Positions 37,710-45,859 of a stretch of 48,117 nucleotides of DNA are shown here, piece by piece. The stretch covers positions 1 through 48,117 of the forward strand of contig JAESQU010000215.1 in the NCBI GenBank assembly GCA_016764995.1, written 5' to 3'. The notes beneath the pieces were generated by a model that was not told the DNA's origin, ran no database searches, and saw nothing but the letters and a program-made list of their open reading frames with translations. Numbering within the stretch: position 1 is the stretch's first letter; every line of letters starts with the position of its first letter. Source of the DNA: SAR324 cluster bacterium. Its GTDB lineage: Bacteria > SAR324 > NAC60-12. The translations under genes were made by a program, and so were the position numbers.

Positions 37710-39194
37710 ATGGCGTTACTTGGATCATTAAATACTGGTGCCAGTGGGGTACAAACTCATGGCAAAGCCATGCAGGTTGTTGGTAATAATATTGCCAACG
37801 TCAATACTTTTGGCTTTAAACGCAACAGTGTTGCTTTTGAGGACTTAATGGGAAATGCCCAGCCACAAGGTGCTACCTTTACGAAGGCCAGTAATGGTGT
37901 GAAAATTGGTGGTGTGGAAATGGACTTTTCTCAAGGTGCATTTGAAACTACTACCCTTAGCACTGATATGGCAATTGCCGGCGGCGGATTTTTTACAATC
38001 GTGAGTCCTAGTACCGGCAAACAATCATATACTCGTAACGGTCAATTTTCTTATGACAAGGAGGGCTTTCTTTCTACCCTTCGTGGTGGACGTGTTCAGG
38101 CCTTGAAAGTAGACCGGATTACCGGTGAAAGTAAAGGTATTCCAGGAGCGCTACAAATTTTGGGACTTGTGGATGCACCTCAGCCGACAGGGACAGGACA
38201 CAAAGGAACCGGAATTAAGCTTGCCGCCAACCTTGATGCAAACGCCAGCATAAAAGATGTTCCAGTTGATCCGACAAATGTGACGGACAACATGTATAAT
38301 TTTGCCACGTCCACTACAGTTTATGATTCATTAGGTAACACTCACGCTGCAACTATTGCCATGCGAAGGAGACCAGACCTTCCTGAACAAATTGATCCTG
38401 CCACTGGCCAACCAATCGCTGGAACAGGTGTCAGCAATCAATGGGAATACTACATGCTGTTTGATGGTGCCTCATTGGGGCAAGTCCCGGGAACAATGGT
38501 CGCGGTCGGCGGTGGATTTATGCAGTTTACTGATGATGGAAAATTAATTGCCGCAACAGGTGGATCTTTTCAAGCACAGCCGGGAGGAGTTGATCCGGAT
38601 GGGAATCCTTTGCCGGAAGGGCCTCCTCGATTAATTCCACAACCCGTTGACCCTGACACAGGTATTCCACAATTTGCAATACCATTTGGTGGAGGAGCTC
38701 CTTTACTTATCGGTCTGCATCTTGGAGATGGTTTTAATCCGGACGATCCGACAGATCCCAGATCCGGGCTGGATGGAATTACTCAATTTGCAGGTCATTA
38801 TAATGTACTTCGAACAAGTGCTGACGGAAATCCTGCAGGAACTTTAGAGAGTATTTTTCTGGAAGACAACGGAACTGTCAATGGTGTTTTTGATGCCGGA
38901 TACACGCGAGCGATCGGTAGAATCGTTTTGACTAAATTTGATAATCCTGGAAAACTTGCTCAGGTTGGTGAAAACATGCTTGTTGAAACTTTAGGTTCCG
39001 GAAAGAAAGTGACCGGTGAGGCCGGTACAGCTGGATTAGGCGAAATTCGTAGTAAAAGTTTGGAACAATCAAACGTTGATCTCTCCCAGGAATTTGTCAA
39101 AATGGTAGAAACTCAACGTGCCTTTCAAGCAAGCGCTAAAACAGTGACTACTTCTGATGAGATGATTCAGGATCTGATCAACATGAAGCGGTAA
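37710..39194 (+). CDS. flgE: Flagellar hook protein FlgE
   Basis: VVGNNIANVNTFGFK, DMAIAGGGFF, YTRNGQF, VYDSLG, LEQSNVDLSQEFVKMVETQRAFQA. Confidence 0.96.
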   Translation: MALLGSLNTGASGVQTHGKAMQVVGNNIANVNTFGFKRNSVAFEDLMGNAQPQGATFTKASNGVKIGGVEMDFSQGAFETTTLSTDMAIAGGGFFTIVSPSTGKQSYTRNGQFSYDKEGFLSTLRGGRVQALKVDRITGESKGIPGALQILGLVDAPQPTGTGHKGTGIKLAANLDANASIKDVPVDPTNVTDNMYNFATSTTVYDSLGNTHAATIAMRRRPDLPEQIDPATGQPIAGTGVSNQWEYYMLFDGASLGQVPGTMVAVGGGFMQFTDDGKLIAATGGSFQAQPGGVDPDGNPLPEGPPRLIPQPVDPDTGIPQFAIPFGGGAPLLIGLHLGDGFNPDDPTDPRSGLDGITQFAGHYNVLRTSADGNPAGTLESIFLEDNGTVNGVFDAGYTRAIGRIVLTKFDNPGKLAQVGENMLVETLGSGKKVTGEAGTAGLGEIRSKSLEQSNVDLSQEFVKMVETQRAFQASAKTVTTSDEMIQDLINMKR

Positions 39195-39207
39195 TTCATT
39201 GAAATAT

Positions 39208-39243
39208 TGAGGGCCGCGTTTGGCCCTCATAGTAAGCTTTTTC
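39208..39243 (+). terminator. Intrinsic terminator after flgE
   Basis: TGAGGGCC-GCGTTT-GGCCCTCA stem, followed shortly by a T-rich tract. Confidence 0.65.
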
Positions 39244-39316
39244 TCCCACTATTTTTACTCCTTTTTCTTCCCTTCTTCTTATCCTCTGATCAAATATATC
39301 TTTACTTCAACCAGAC

Positions 39317-39380
39317 ATGATGCACTCTTAAAAAGTCCTAAAATCGTGTCATTGCTTACGAAGCGAGAACTCTTGTATAA
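39317..39380. repeat. Dispersed intergenic repeat, copy 2
   Basis: Shares ATGATGC, TAAAAA, TGTC, TTGCTTACG and CGAGAA blocks with 30665-30729. Confidence 0.6.
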
Positions 39381-39482
39381 TTCACCGGTAACTTGAAGCT
39401 TATAAATGCTGCGGCTGAAAGCGCTGCTTCAACTGTGGGAATAGTCTCAGGTGTTTTTTTATGAACTAGTCTGAGGCTATGC

Positions 39483-40139
39483 TTAGAATCCGTAATAGAA
39501 GCCGATAAATGACGCAGTGCCGCCGAGAGAGAGAGGTTTGTTTTCAGTGGCGACTTCTAAATCAGCGGAAATGTATTGCTGAGTGAAAACGAGACCCATT
39601 CCATTGAAAGGAATACGGAAGCCGAATTTGTAAAAAAATGATTTATCAACCTGTCCAAATACGGTTCCATAAGTTTTGGAACTTCCTGTAACTAATTCCT
39701 CCTGTACTTTTGCAGAATAATTTCCTGTGCCAAAACCTAGGAAGGGGAACCAGAAATCTCCTCGATAATAAAAATTTAATCCGTACAAAAGTCCAACTGC
39801 GGATATGTTTACAGAAGAACTGTCATTTTCAAAAGTGTATGACTTGTTGTAACTGTGTACTTCAAGGCCAAAACCACTGGCGAATGTTCCGGTAGTCTTG
39901 TAAAAGTCAAAGGATAAAACTTTCGGGCTAACCTGTCGGGTTTCTTTCAAAGCACCATGAGTATCAGCCAAAGTGGATAAGTATGAGTCTTTACTTCCAA
40001 CTACCGGCGCTGGGCTTCCAGTATCCTGTTCTCCGTATTGAATGGCCAGATAAACCACAGTTTCTTCCGCACACCATCCTGTTGTTACAAAGGAAAACAG
40101 GCACATTGTTGTCAAAATTAGTTTCTGAAAATGTTTCAC
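39483..40139 (-). CDS. Putative outer-membrane beta-barrel protein
   Basis: Likely GTG start overlapping the upstream stop, signal peptide, PFLGFGTG strand, terminal Phe (IGFYYGF). Confidence 0.7.
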   Translation of the reverse strand: MKHFQKLILTTMCLFSFVTTGWCAEETVVYLAIQYGEQDTGSPAPVVGSKDSYLSTLADTHGALKETRQVSPKVLSFDFYKTTGTFASGFGLEVHSYNKSYTFENDSSSVNISAVGLLYGLNFYYRGDFWFPFLGFGTGNYSAKVQEELVTGSSKTYGTVFGQVDKSFFYKFGFRIPFNGMGLVFTQQYISADLEVATENKPLSLGGTASFIGFYYGF

Positions 40140-41281
40140 CAACTTACCCCCATTTCCCAAAAGAAGACGAAATCCGTTTCGTTACCAAAATTGTTATAAT
40201 CCTGGACAAATCCGGTTTCCCAAAAGATGCTTCCGGAAAGGAATTTGTAGCCGAATGCGGAAACACTTGTTGGTGTACTCAAGTTGGAGTTTCGTTGTTC
40301 CTGATTCTCTCCACTGGTTGAACGGGAACTTGCACCGGAATTCGGAAAAATGCTACTTTGCGAAACAGTTTGAAATACAAAAGAGTCTTCTTCCGCAAAC
40401 CGATACTCCATTGTCATGAAACGATGCGACAGTGAAGACGCAAATCCACGATTATTGCCGATTCTAGTTTGTCCATCGCCAAAATAGACAATCCAATTAT
40501 TGAATCCTTTTGAAAGAATTAAATAATGTCCCCAGTCTACCCCACCGCTGCGAATTAATTGTTGTTCTCCGCTGCGGTCGGTATTGGCAAATTTATAGCT
40601 TAGCTTCAAGGATGCGGCAGGCATTACCTTGCCACCTTCAGATAAGTTCCATTTTAGCCCCACGATTGGTTCGCCCCGCACATTGTAAATCTGCTGTGTA
40701 CTGGCGTAAACAAATTCTCCATCTTTGACCACATAATAAGCATATTGGTTGCGCTCAGACAGAGCACGATAAGCGCCTCCTTTTTTGAAGTTTGAAATAC
40801 CAATCATGCTATGAACACTTTCGATGGTGCTGTCCATGGTACCGCCGTCAAAGGATATGAAAGGTAATTCGAATTTGAATTCTAATGAATCCGATAACCC
40901 ATAACGGTATTTGATCTTTTTACGTTTGCTTTCAGCATCTAAATACAAACTGAATCCTTTGACGGTGTTCCCGTCTTTATCCAGAAAATCCGCAAGTGTT
41001 AACCCGCGTGCTACTTCAGTCTTTGTGATTTGCTCAGTCGGTCCCTGGGTGTTGACAAAGGTATTTGCGATATCAATTCCAAAAGACAAGCTTGCTTCAC
41101 CATTTTTCAGGGTTAAGGTGTTTTCAGGAGACATTGCCAAAAACGGCTGATTTACCAAAAATTGCGGGCGAATTTCCAAAGGTCCAAGACCAAAATTTTC
41201 TCCGCCTGCAATTGCTGATTCTTCTCCATAAAACAAAATGAGGAAAAATGCAAATAAGACTAATAACCCTTTTATTTTCAT
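40136..41281 (-). CDS. Putative outer-membrane protein, DUF3187-like
   Basis: Signal peptide, GPLEIRPQ, YRYGL, GGTMDSTIESVHSMIG (DUF3187-like GGxxDxxIExxH), terminal WEMGVSW. Confidence 0.6.
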   Translation of the reverse strand: MKIKGLLVLFAFFLILFYGEESAIAGGENFGLGPLEIRPQFLVNQPFLAMSPENTLTLKNGEASLSFGIDIANTFVNTQGPTEQITKTEVARGLTLADFLDKDGNTVKGFSLYLDAESKRKKIKYRYGLSDSLEFKFELPFISFDGGTMDSTIESVHSMIGISNFKKGGAYRALSERNQYAYYVVKDGEFVYASTQQIYNVRGEPIVGLKWNLSEGGKVMPAASLKLSYKFANTDRSGEQQLIRSGGVDWGHYLILSKGFNNWIVYFGDGQTRIGNNRGFASSLSHRFMTMEYRFAEEDSFVFQTVSQSSIFPNSGASSRSTSGENQEQRNSNLSTPTSVSAFGYKFLSGSIFWETGFVQDYNNFGNETDFVFFWEMGVSW

Positions 41282-41571
41282 AGACCTGAATTTAGACCAA
41301 AAACACGTTCGGCTGGCTTAAAATTTGGGAACATCCCCAGCGAAAGTGAATCCAAGAGTTATGCCTTTTACCTTATGAAAAAATTTGTCACAGTAATAGC
41401 ACGGAATTTCGAAAAAATTAGTGCATAGCCTGACTGATGCAGTGCTTAAACTGCATGTTATTTTGCTGGAAGTATCATTGTGTTTTTTTAACATCTGTTT
41501 CAACATCAGTCTTTTAGTCGTGGTTCTGAACTGCTAAACTTTGTTCAATCTATAATTAGAGGAGTTTCCTT

Positions 41572-42312
41572 ATGCAGCTTGAAAAAAAACTTGTTTCCTC
41601 AGGTTACTGGCTGTTTCGTTGGCGAAGTTATTTTCCAATTATCATAATTTTGATTTTCATTCCCGCCATGACGGAATATGAATATGTGGGAGGTAGTCGC
41701 GAGATGACCACTATGTGGGGCCTTTTTAGTATGTTTGTCGGATTGCTGGGTTTGTTTTCAAGAATTCTGGTTGTGGGTCATACACCTCAAAACACTTCTG
41801 GAAGAAATACCAGGGAACAAATTGCCGATGTTCTGAATACCACCGGTTGGTATTCTGTTGTTAGACATCCGCTGTATTTGGGGAATTACTTGATGGGACT
41901 CGGCATATCGCTCTTTCCATTTGTCTGGTGGATGCCTGTAATTTACACATTATCATTTGCGCTTTATTACGAAAGAATAATGATAGCCGAAGAAGATTTC
42001 CTCAGGGGTAAATTTGGCGAGGACTTTGAAAAATGGTCTGATGTTACTCCGGGATTCTTTCCGGCATTTTCGAAATGGGATAGTCCTTCACTGGAATTTT
42101 CATTCAAAAATATTTTGCGGAGGGAATATTCTAGTCTTTTCGCACTTGTGCTCTGCTTTACAATTCTGGATTTTATTGGGAATTATTTGGTGGTGCAAAG
42201 GTTCTATGTTGTGCAAATTTGGATTGATCTCTTCTGGATAACTCTGGTGGCATATTTAATTTTGAGAACCTTGAAACGGTATACAAAAATACTGGATGTT
42301 GAAGGCAGATAA
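41572..42312 (+). CDS. ICMT/PEMT-family membrane methyltransferase, similar to the lipid A phosphate methyltransferase LmtA
   Basis: GYWLFRWRSYFP, TSGRNT...ADVLNTTGWYSVVRHPLYLGN, YYERIMIAEEDFLRGKFG, ILRREYS. Confidence 0.8.
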   Translation: MQLEKKLVSSGYWLFRWRSYFPIIIILIFIPAMTEYEYVGGSREMTTMWGLFSMFVGLLGLFSRILVVGHTPQNTSGRNTREQIADVLNTTGWYSVVRHPLYLGNYLMGLGISLFPFVWWMPVIYTLSFALYYERIMIAEEDFLRGKFGEDFEKWSDVTPGFFPAFSKWDSPSLEFSFKNILRREYSSLFALVLCFTILDFIGNYLVVQRFYVVQIWIDLFWITLVAYLILRTLKRYTKILDVEGR

Positions 42313-42359
42313 TTTCGGACATTATCTCAAACACGGAAAATAAACAGCAGTAGCACACA

Positions 42360-43349
42360 ATGTCCAAACTGAATGAAATGATTCGTGAATTTCGCGAAGA
42401 CATCGGCCAGAGCACCGAAGGTTTAGCGTTACTGATGCAAATGGATCAGGAAGAGTATGCGCGTTTGGAAAAAGATTGGATTCCGCCGGATGACATTCTT
42501 CAGCGGTTGTGCGCACTCTTTGAATGGAATTATAAGGACATTAAACGGCTTGCCGATAATACTCCCTCCGTAAAAAATAAAAAATCAAATCCGGAAAATA
42601 AAAAAGCTTCTGTTACCGAAAATAATTCTGCCGAAGTTTCCACGACTCCTTTTGCAAAAATGATCAAGGAAGCCCGCAGTGCAGCCAAACAGGATGCGCG
42701 GGGCATTGCCATTTTGTTGGGTATCTCTGCTGATTATTACCAAGAGTTTGAAGCGGGCGTAATTCCTCCGGATGATTTGCTGCGCAAATTAAGTTCTTTG
42801 TTTGGTTGGAATTACAAACAAATTCTGCAAAAAATCAATACCCAGAGTACAGTTCTGTTTGGCAACCGGCAACCTCTGCTTCATGCCAAGGAAATTCGGG
42901 CGCGCTTGCCAAAGCTCGAATTACCGGATATTCCGGATGTTCCCGCACCTGTTTCTCTGCATGTGAAAATTCTAGAAGCGAGAACTGAGGCGAAACAAAA
43001 TGTGGACGGAATTTCCCTCTTATTGCAAATTAATCCTGAATTGTATGAGCAGATTGAATCCGGAACTGTGAATCCTGATCCGGATTTGTTAAAACGAATT
43101 TCTTCTCTTTTCGGTTGGAATTATCATGAATTGCTGAACCGTGAAAAAAATTCACAATTCAGTCAACTGCTTCCGGCAATCATTGCACGGGATTCTCCGG
43201 ACAATTCGCTGACTGAAATTAAACTCAGAAAAGTTCAGCAGGAAATTTCGGAAAATTGGCAGAAAATTTCCAAAGAGCAACAGAAAACACTGCTGACTCA
43301 ATTGGAATTCATTCGTGGTTCAATGGAAAACCTTGACAATGAGAAATGA
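42360..43349 (+). CDS. Protein with three tandem XRE/Cro-like helix-turn-helix domains
   Basis: Three ~55-aa repeats IxExR...GxxxLLxxxxxxYxxxE...PxxDxLxxxxxLFxWNY. Confidence 0.82.
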   Translation: MSKLNEMIREFREDIGQSTEGLALLMQMDQEEYARLEKDWIPPDDILQRLCALFEWNYKDIKRLADNTPSVKNKKSNPENKKASVTENNSAEVSTTPFAKMIKEARSAAKQDARGIAILLGISADYYQEFEAGVIPPDDLLRKLSSLFGWNYKQILQKINTQSTVLFGNRQPLLHAKEIRARLPKLELPDIPDVPAPVSLHVKILEARTEAKQNVDGISLLLQINPELYEQIESGTVNPDPDLLKRISSLFGWNYHELLNREKNSQFSQLLPAIIARDSPDNSLTEIKLRKVQQEISENWQKISKEQQKTLLTQLEFIRGSMENLDNEK

Positions 43350-43671
43350 GAGTTTTGGATTGGGGATTACGTTTTTGATAATGAATGGCAGAGTTATCAA
43401 ACTACCAAATACCTTTCCCCGGAATTGACAAGCACATTTAAAGATAGCCATTCAATGTGGTGTAAGATTGCAATGAAATTGGTGGATAGTCCTGGCAATG
43501 ATACTATAAAGGAGGTGTTGTTAGGTATATGAGCTAAGCCAAGAAGATAGAAGTGAATGCGCTGTTTATCAAAGAGTGTTTGGAGCTGACTGCTGAACAT
43601 CAATTAGAAAATAAAAATTTGGATCCAGTTTTTCCGGGGTACGAAAAAAACTATTCCTTAAAGAGAAACAT

Positions 43672-44184
43672 ATGACACTTTGGACAAATGATATTTTTCA
43701 AGTTTTGGTTAACCACCAAGTCCGTCAAGTGGCTTATGTCCCAGATGCTGGACATACCCATCTCATTAATCGATGCGGTCAGTACGGTGAAATGGTATCA
43801 GTGCCCTTGACGACTGAAGAAGAGGGAATTGCCTTATTGGCAGGAGCCTGGCTTGGGGGAGATCGAGGTGTGCTCCTGATGCAAAGCAGTGGTGTGGGAA
43901 ATTGCCTCAACATGTTTTCCTTAACACGAACCTGCCGCATGCCTTTACTGATGTTAGTGACGATGCGTGGAGAATGGGGAGAGTTCAATCCCTGGCAGGT
44001 TCCTATGGGACAAAATACAGAAAAATTATTGAAAGCTGCTGATATTCTAACCTTTCATGTTGATGAAAGCAATCGATTGGGAGAGACGACAGAGGCAGCA
44101 GCACGTATGGTCTTCGAAGGTCCTGCTGCCGCTGCTGTTTTGATATCACAGCGTATTCTTGGCACAAAAACATTTATGGAATAA
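43672..44184 (+). CDS. comD: Sulfopyruvate/phosphonopyruvate decarboxylase alpha subunit (ThDP)
   Basis: YVPDAGH, TTEEEGIALLAGAWLGG, LMQSSGVGN, TMRGEWGEFNPWQVPMG. Confidence 0.8.
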   Translation: MTLWTNDIFQVLVNHQVRQVAYVPDAGHTHLINRCGQYGEMVSVPLTTEEEGIALLAGAWLGGDRGVLLMQSSGVGNCLNMFSLTRTCRMPLLMLVTMRGEWGEFNPWQVPMGQNTEKLLKAADILTFHVDESNRLGETTEAAARMVFEGPAAAAVLISQRILGTKTFME

Positions 44185-44185
44185 A

Positions 44186-44794
44186 ATGGATCTGGATCGT
44201 AGCAATCATTACTCCCTTCGTCGTCGTGAAGTTGTCAAAATGCTACTCGATCAGCGTGACTCAGGCATGCTGATTGTTGCTGGATTGGGTGCACCTACAT
44301 GGGATGTAACTGCGGCAGGTGACGAACCATTGAATTTCCCTTTGTGGGGAGCTATGGGAGGTGCAGTCTCGCTTGGATTGGGCCTTGCAATAGCCCAACC
44401 CACTCGGAGGATTTTAGTCATTACTGGTGATGGAGAGATGCTAATGGGACTTGGATCGCTTGCAACAGTCTCTATTCAAAGTCCATCCAACTTGGCAATT
44501 TTTGTACTGGACAATGAACGTTATGGAGAAACCGGCATGCAGGCTACACACACAGCAGGCAATGTAGATTTGGCTGCTGTTGCTCGAGCAACAGGTTTTT
44601 CTGAGTGCCACAACATTGCTGACAAAAAAAGACTCCGATCACTGTTACCTCAAATCCAAAACGGTGAGGGGCCTTTATTTTTCAACGTAAAAGTCCGTGC
44701 AGAAATTCTCCCCCTCGTACTTCCACCCAAAGACGGAGCTTTTCTCAAAGATCGTTTCCGTGTAGCTTTATTTGGGTCGGATCCAGTCCGTTAA
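44186..44794 (+). CDS. comE: Sulfopyruvate/phosphonopyruvate decarboxylase beta subunit (ThDP-binding)
   Basis: NFPLWGAMG, GLGLA, GDGEMLMGLGSL...DNERYGETGMQ (GDG...N motif). Confidence 0.8.
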   Translation: MDLDRSNHYSLRRREVVKMLLDQRDSGMLIVAGLGAPTWDVTAAGDEPLNFPLWGAMGGAVSLGLGLAIAQPTRRILVITGDGEMLMGLGSLATVSIQSPSNLAIFVLDNERYGETGMQATHTAGNVDLAAVARATGFSECHNIADKKRLRSLLPQIQNGEGPLFFNVKVRAEILPLVLPPKDGAFLKDRFRVALFGSDPVR

Positions 44795-44865
44795 TCGATA
44801 TCTCAAAACTTAGAAGTTCCTCTCCCTGGAGAGTGGTAAAAAAGATCAAATGGAGGGCTAAGGCC

Positions 44866-45749
44866 CCACTCGGCACCCTCGCAGGTTCCGGAACATTGGG
44901 TTTGTTGATCCCTCCTTCTATTATTTTGATTGTTTATGGTGTTGCCATAGAGGAATCCATCGCACAGCTTTTCGTAGCTGGTGTATTCCCTGGCATTTTA
45001 CTGGTTTTTCTGTTCATGGGCTATATTGTCTTCTGGTCTCTGTTCAACAAAGACCGAATGCCCCCCGCAGAGCCACGTACACCAATGTGGCAACGGATAA
45101 AGGGCACTCGCAGTTTGTTGCCGATCTTATTTCTAATTGGCGGTATTATTGGATCCATCTACGCCGGCTGGGCTTCTCCTACTGACGCGGCGGCGGTGGG
45201 CGTGGTACTGTCCCTGGTGCTTTCCTGGTACAATGGCAGCTTGAATCGATGAAGCTTTTTGGCAGCTTTGATGGTGGCAACCCGGACCTCCTGCATGATT
45301 GCCTTTATTCTGGCTGGCGCGCATTCTTGACTGTAGCCCTGGGTTTTACCGGTATTGCACGGTTCTTGGCTCAGTGGGTCGGCTCATTGGGATTGAGTCC
45401 TAATATGCTGCTTGTTACCCTGTCCATATTTTTCGTAGTCCTTGGTTGTTTTCTTGAAGGCATATCGATTGTGGTCTTGACCACAGCGGTGATCCAACCT
45501 ATCATAGAACAAGCGGGGATCGACCGGATCTGGTTCGGTATCTTCATTGTCATCGTTGTCGAGATGGCGCAAATCACCCCGCCGGTGGGATTTAATCTAT
45601 TCGTAATACAAGGTTTGACCGGTTATAATATACAGTATGTGGCGCGTGCCACCTTGCCATTCTTTATCCTGTTATTGGCCGCTGTTATAATTATTTCGGT
45701 TTTTCCGGAAATCGTTACCTACCTACCCGAACAGATGTCGAGGCGCTGA
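44866..45749 (+). pseudogene. dctM: TRAP transporter large permease DctM, 5'-truncated and disrupted
   Basis: Begins mid-protein at GTLAGSGTLGLLIPPSI; in-frame TGA at 45250-52 and a frameshift near 45321; C-terminal ITPPVGFNLFV and FPEIVTYLP. No dctP or dctQ nearby. Confidence 0.8.
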
Positions 45750-45859
45750 AGCTAAAATCGTCGCAAGAGAATATAAGGGCTCATTTCAATTCAATGAACG
45801 GGTAAGTTAATTTCTGCGTAAACTTCTCTTTATATCCCGTTAATTTACTGATTAATTTT

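Noticed and set aside
43350-43533. About 60 open codons continuing in frame after the triple-HTH stop (possible readthrough or gene remnant)
   Set aside because: No recognisable homology or readthrough signal; an open stretch of this length can arise by chance.
311-45252. Stop-codon reassignment or selenocysteine readthrough to explain in-frame stops (TAA 311, TGA 5373, TGA 45250)
   Set aside because: Many intact genes here end in TGA or TAA, and two of the three affected genes also carry frameshifts. Decay or sequencing error is simpler.
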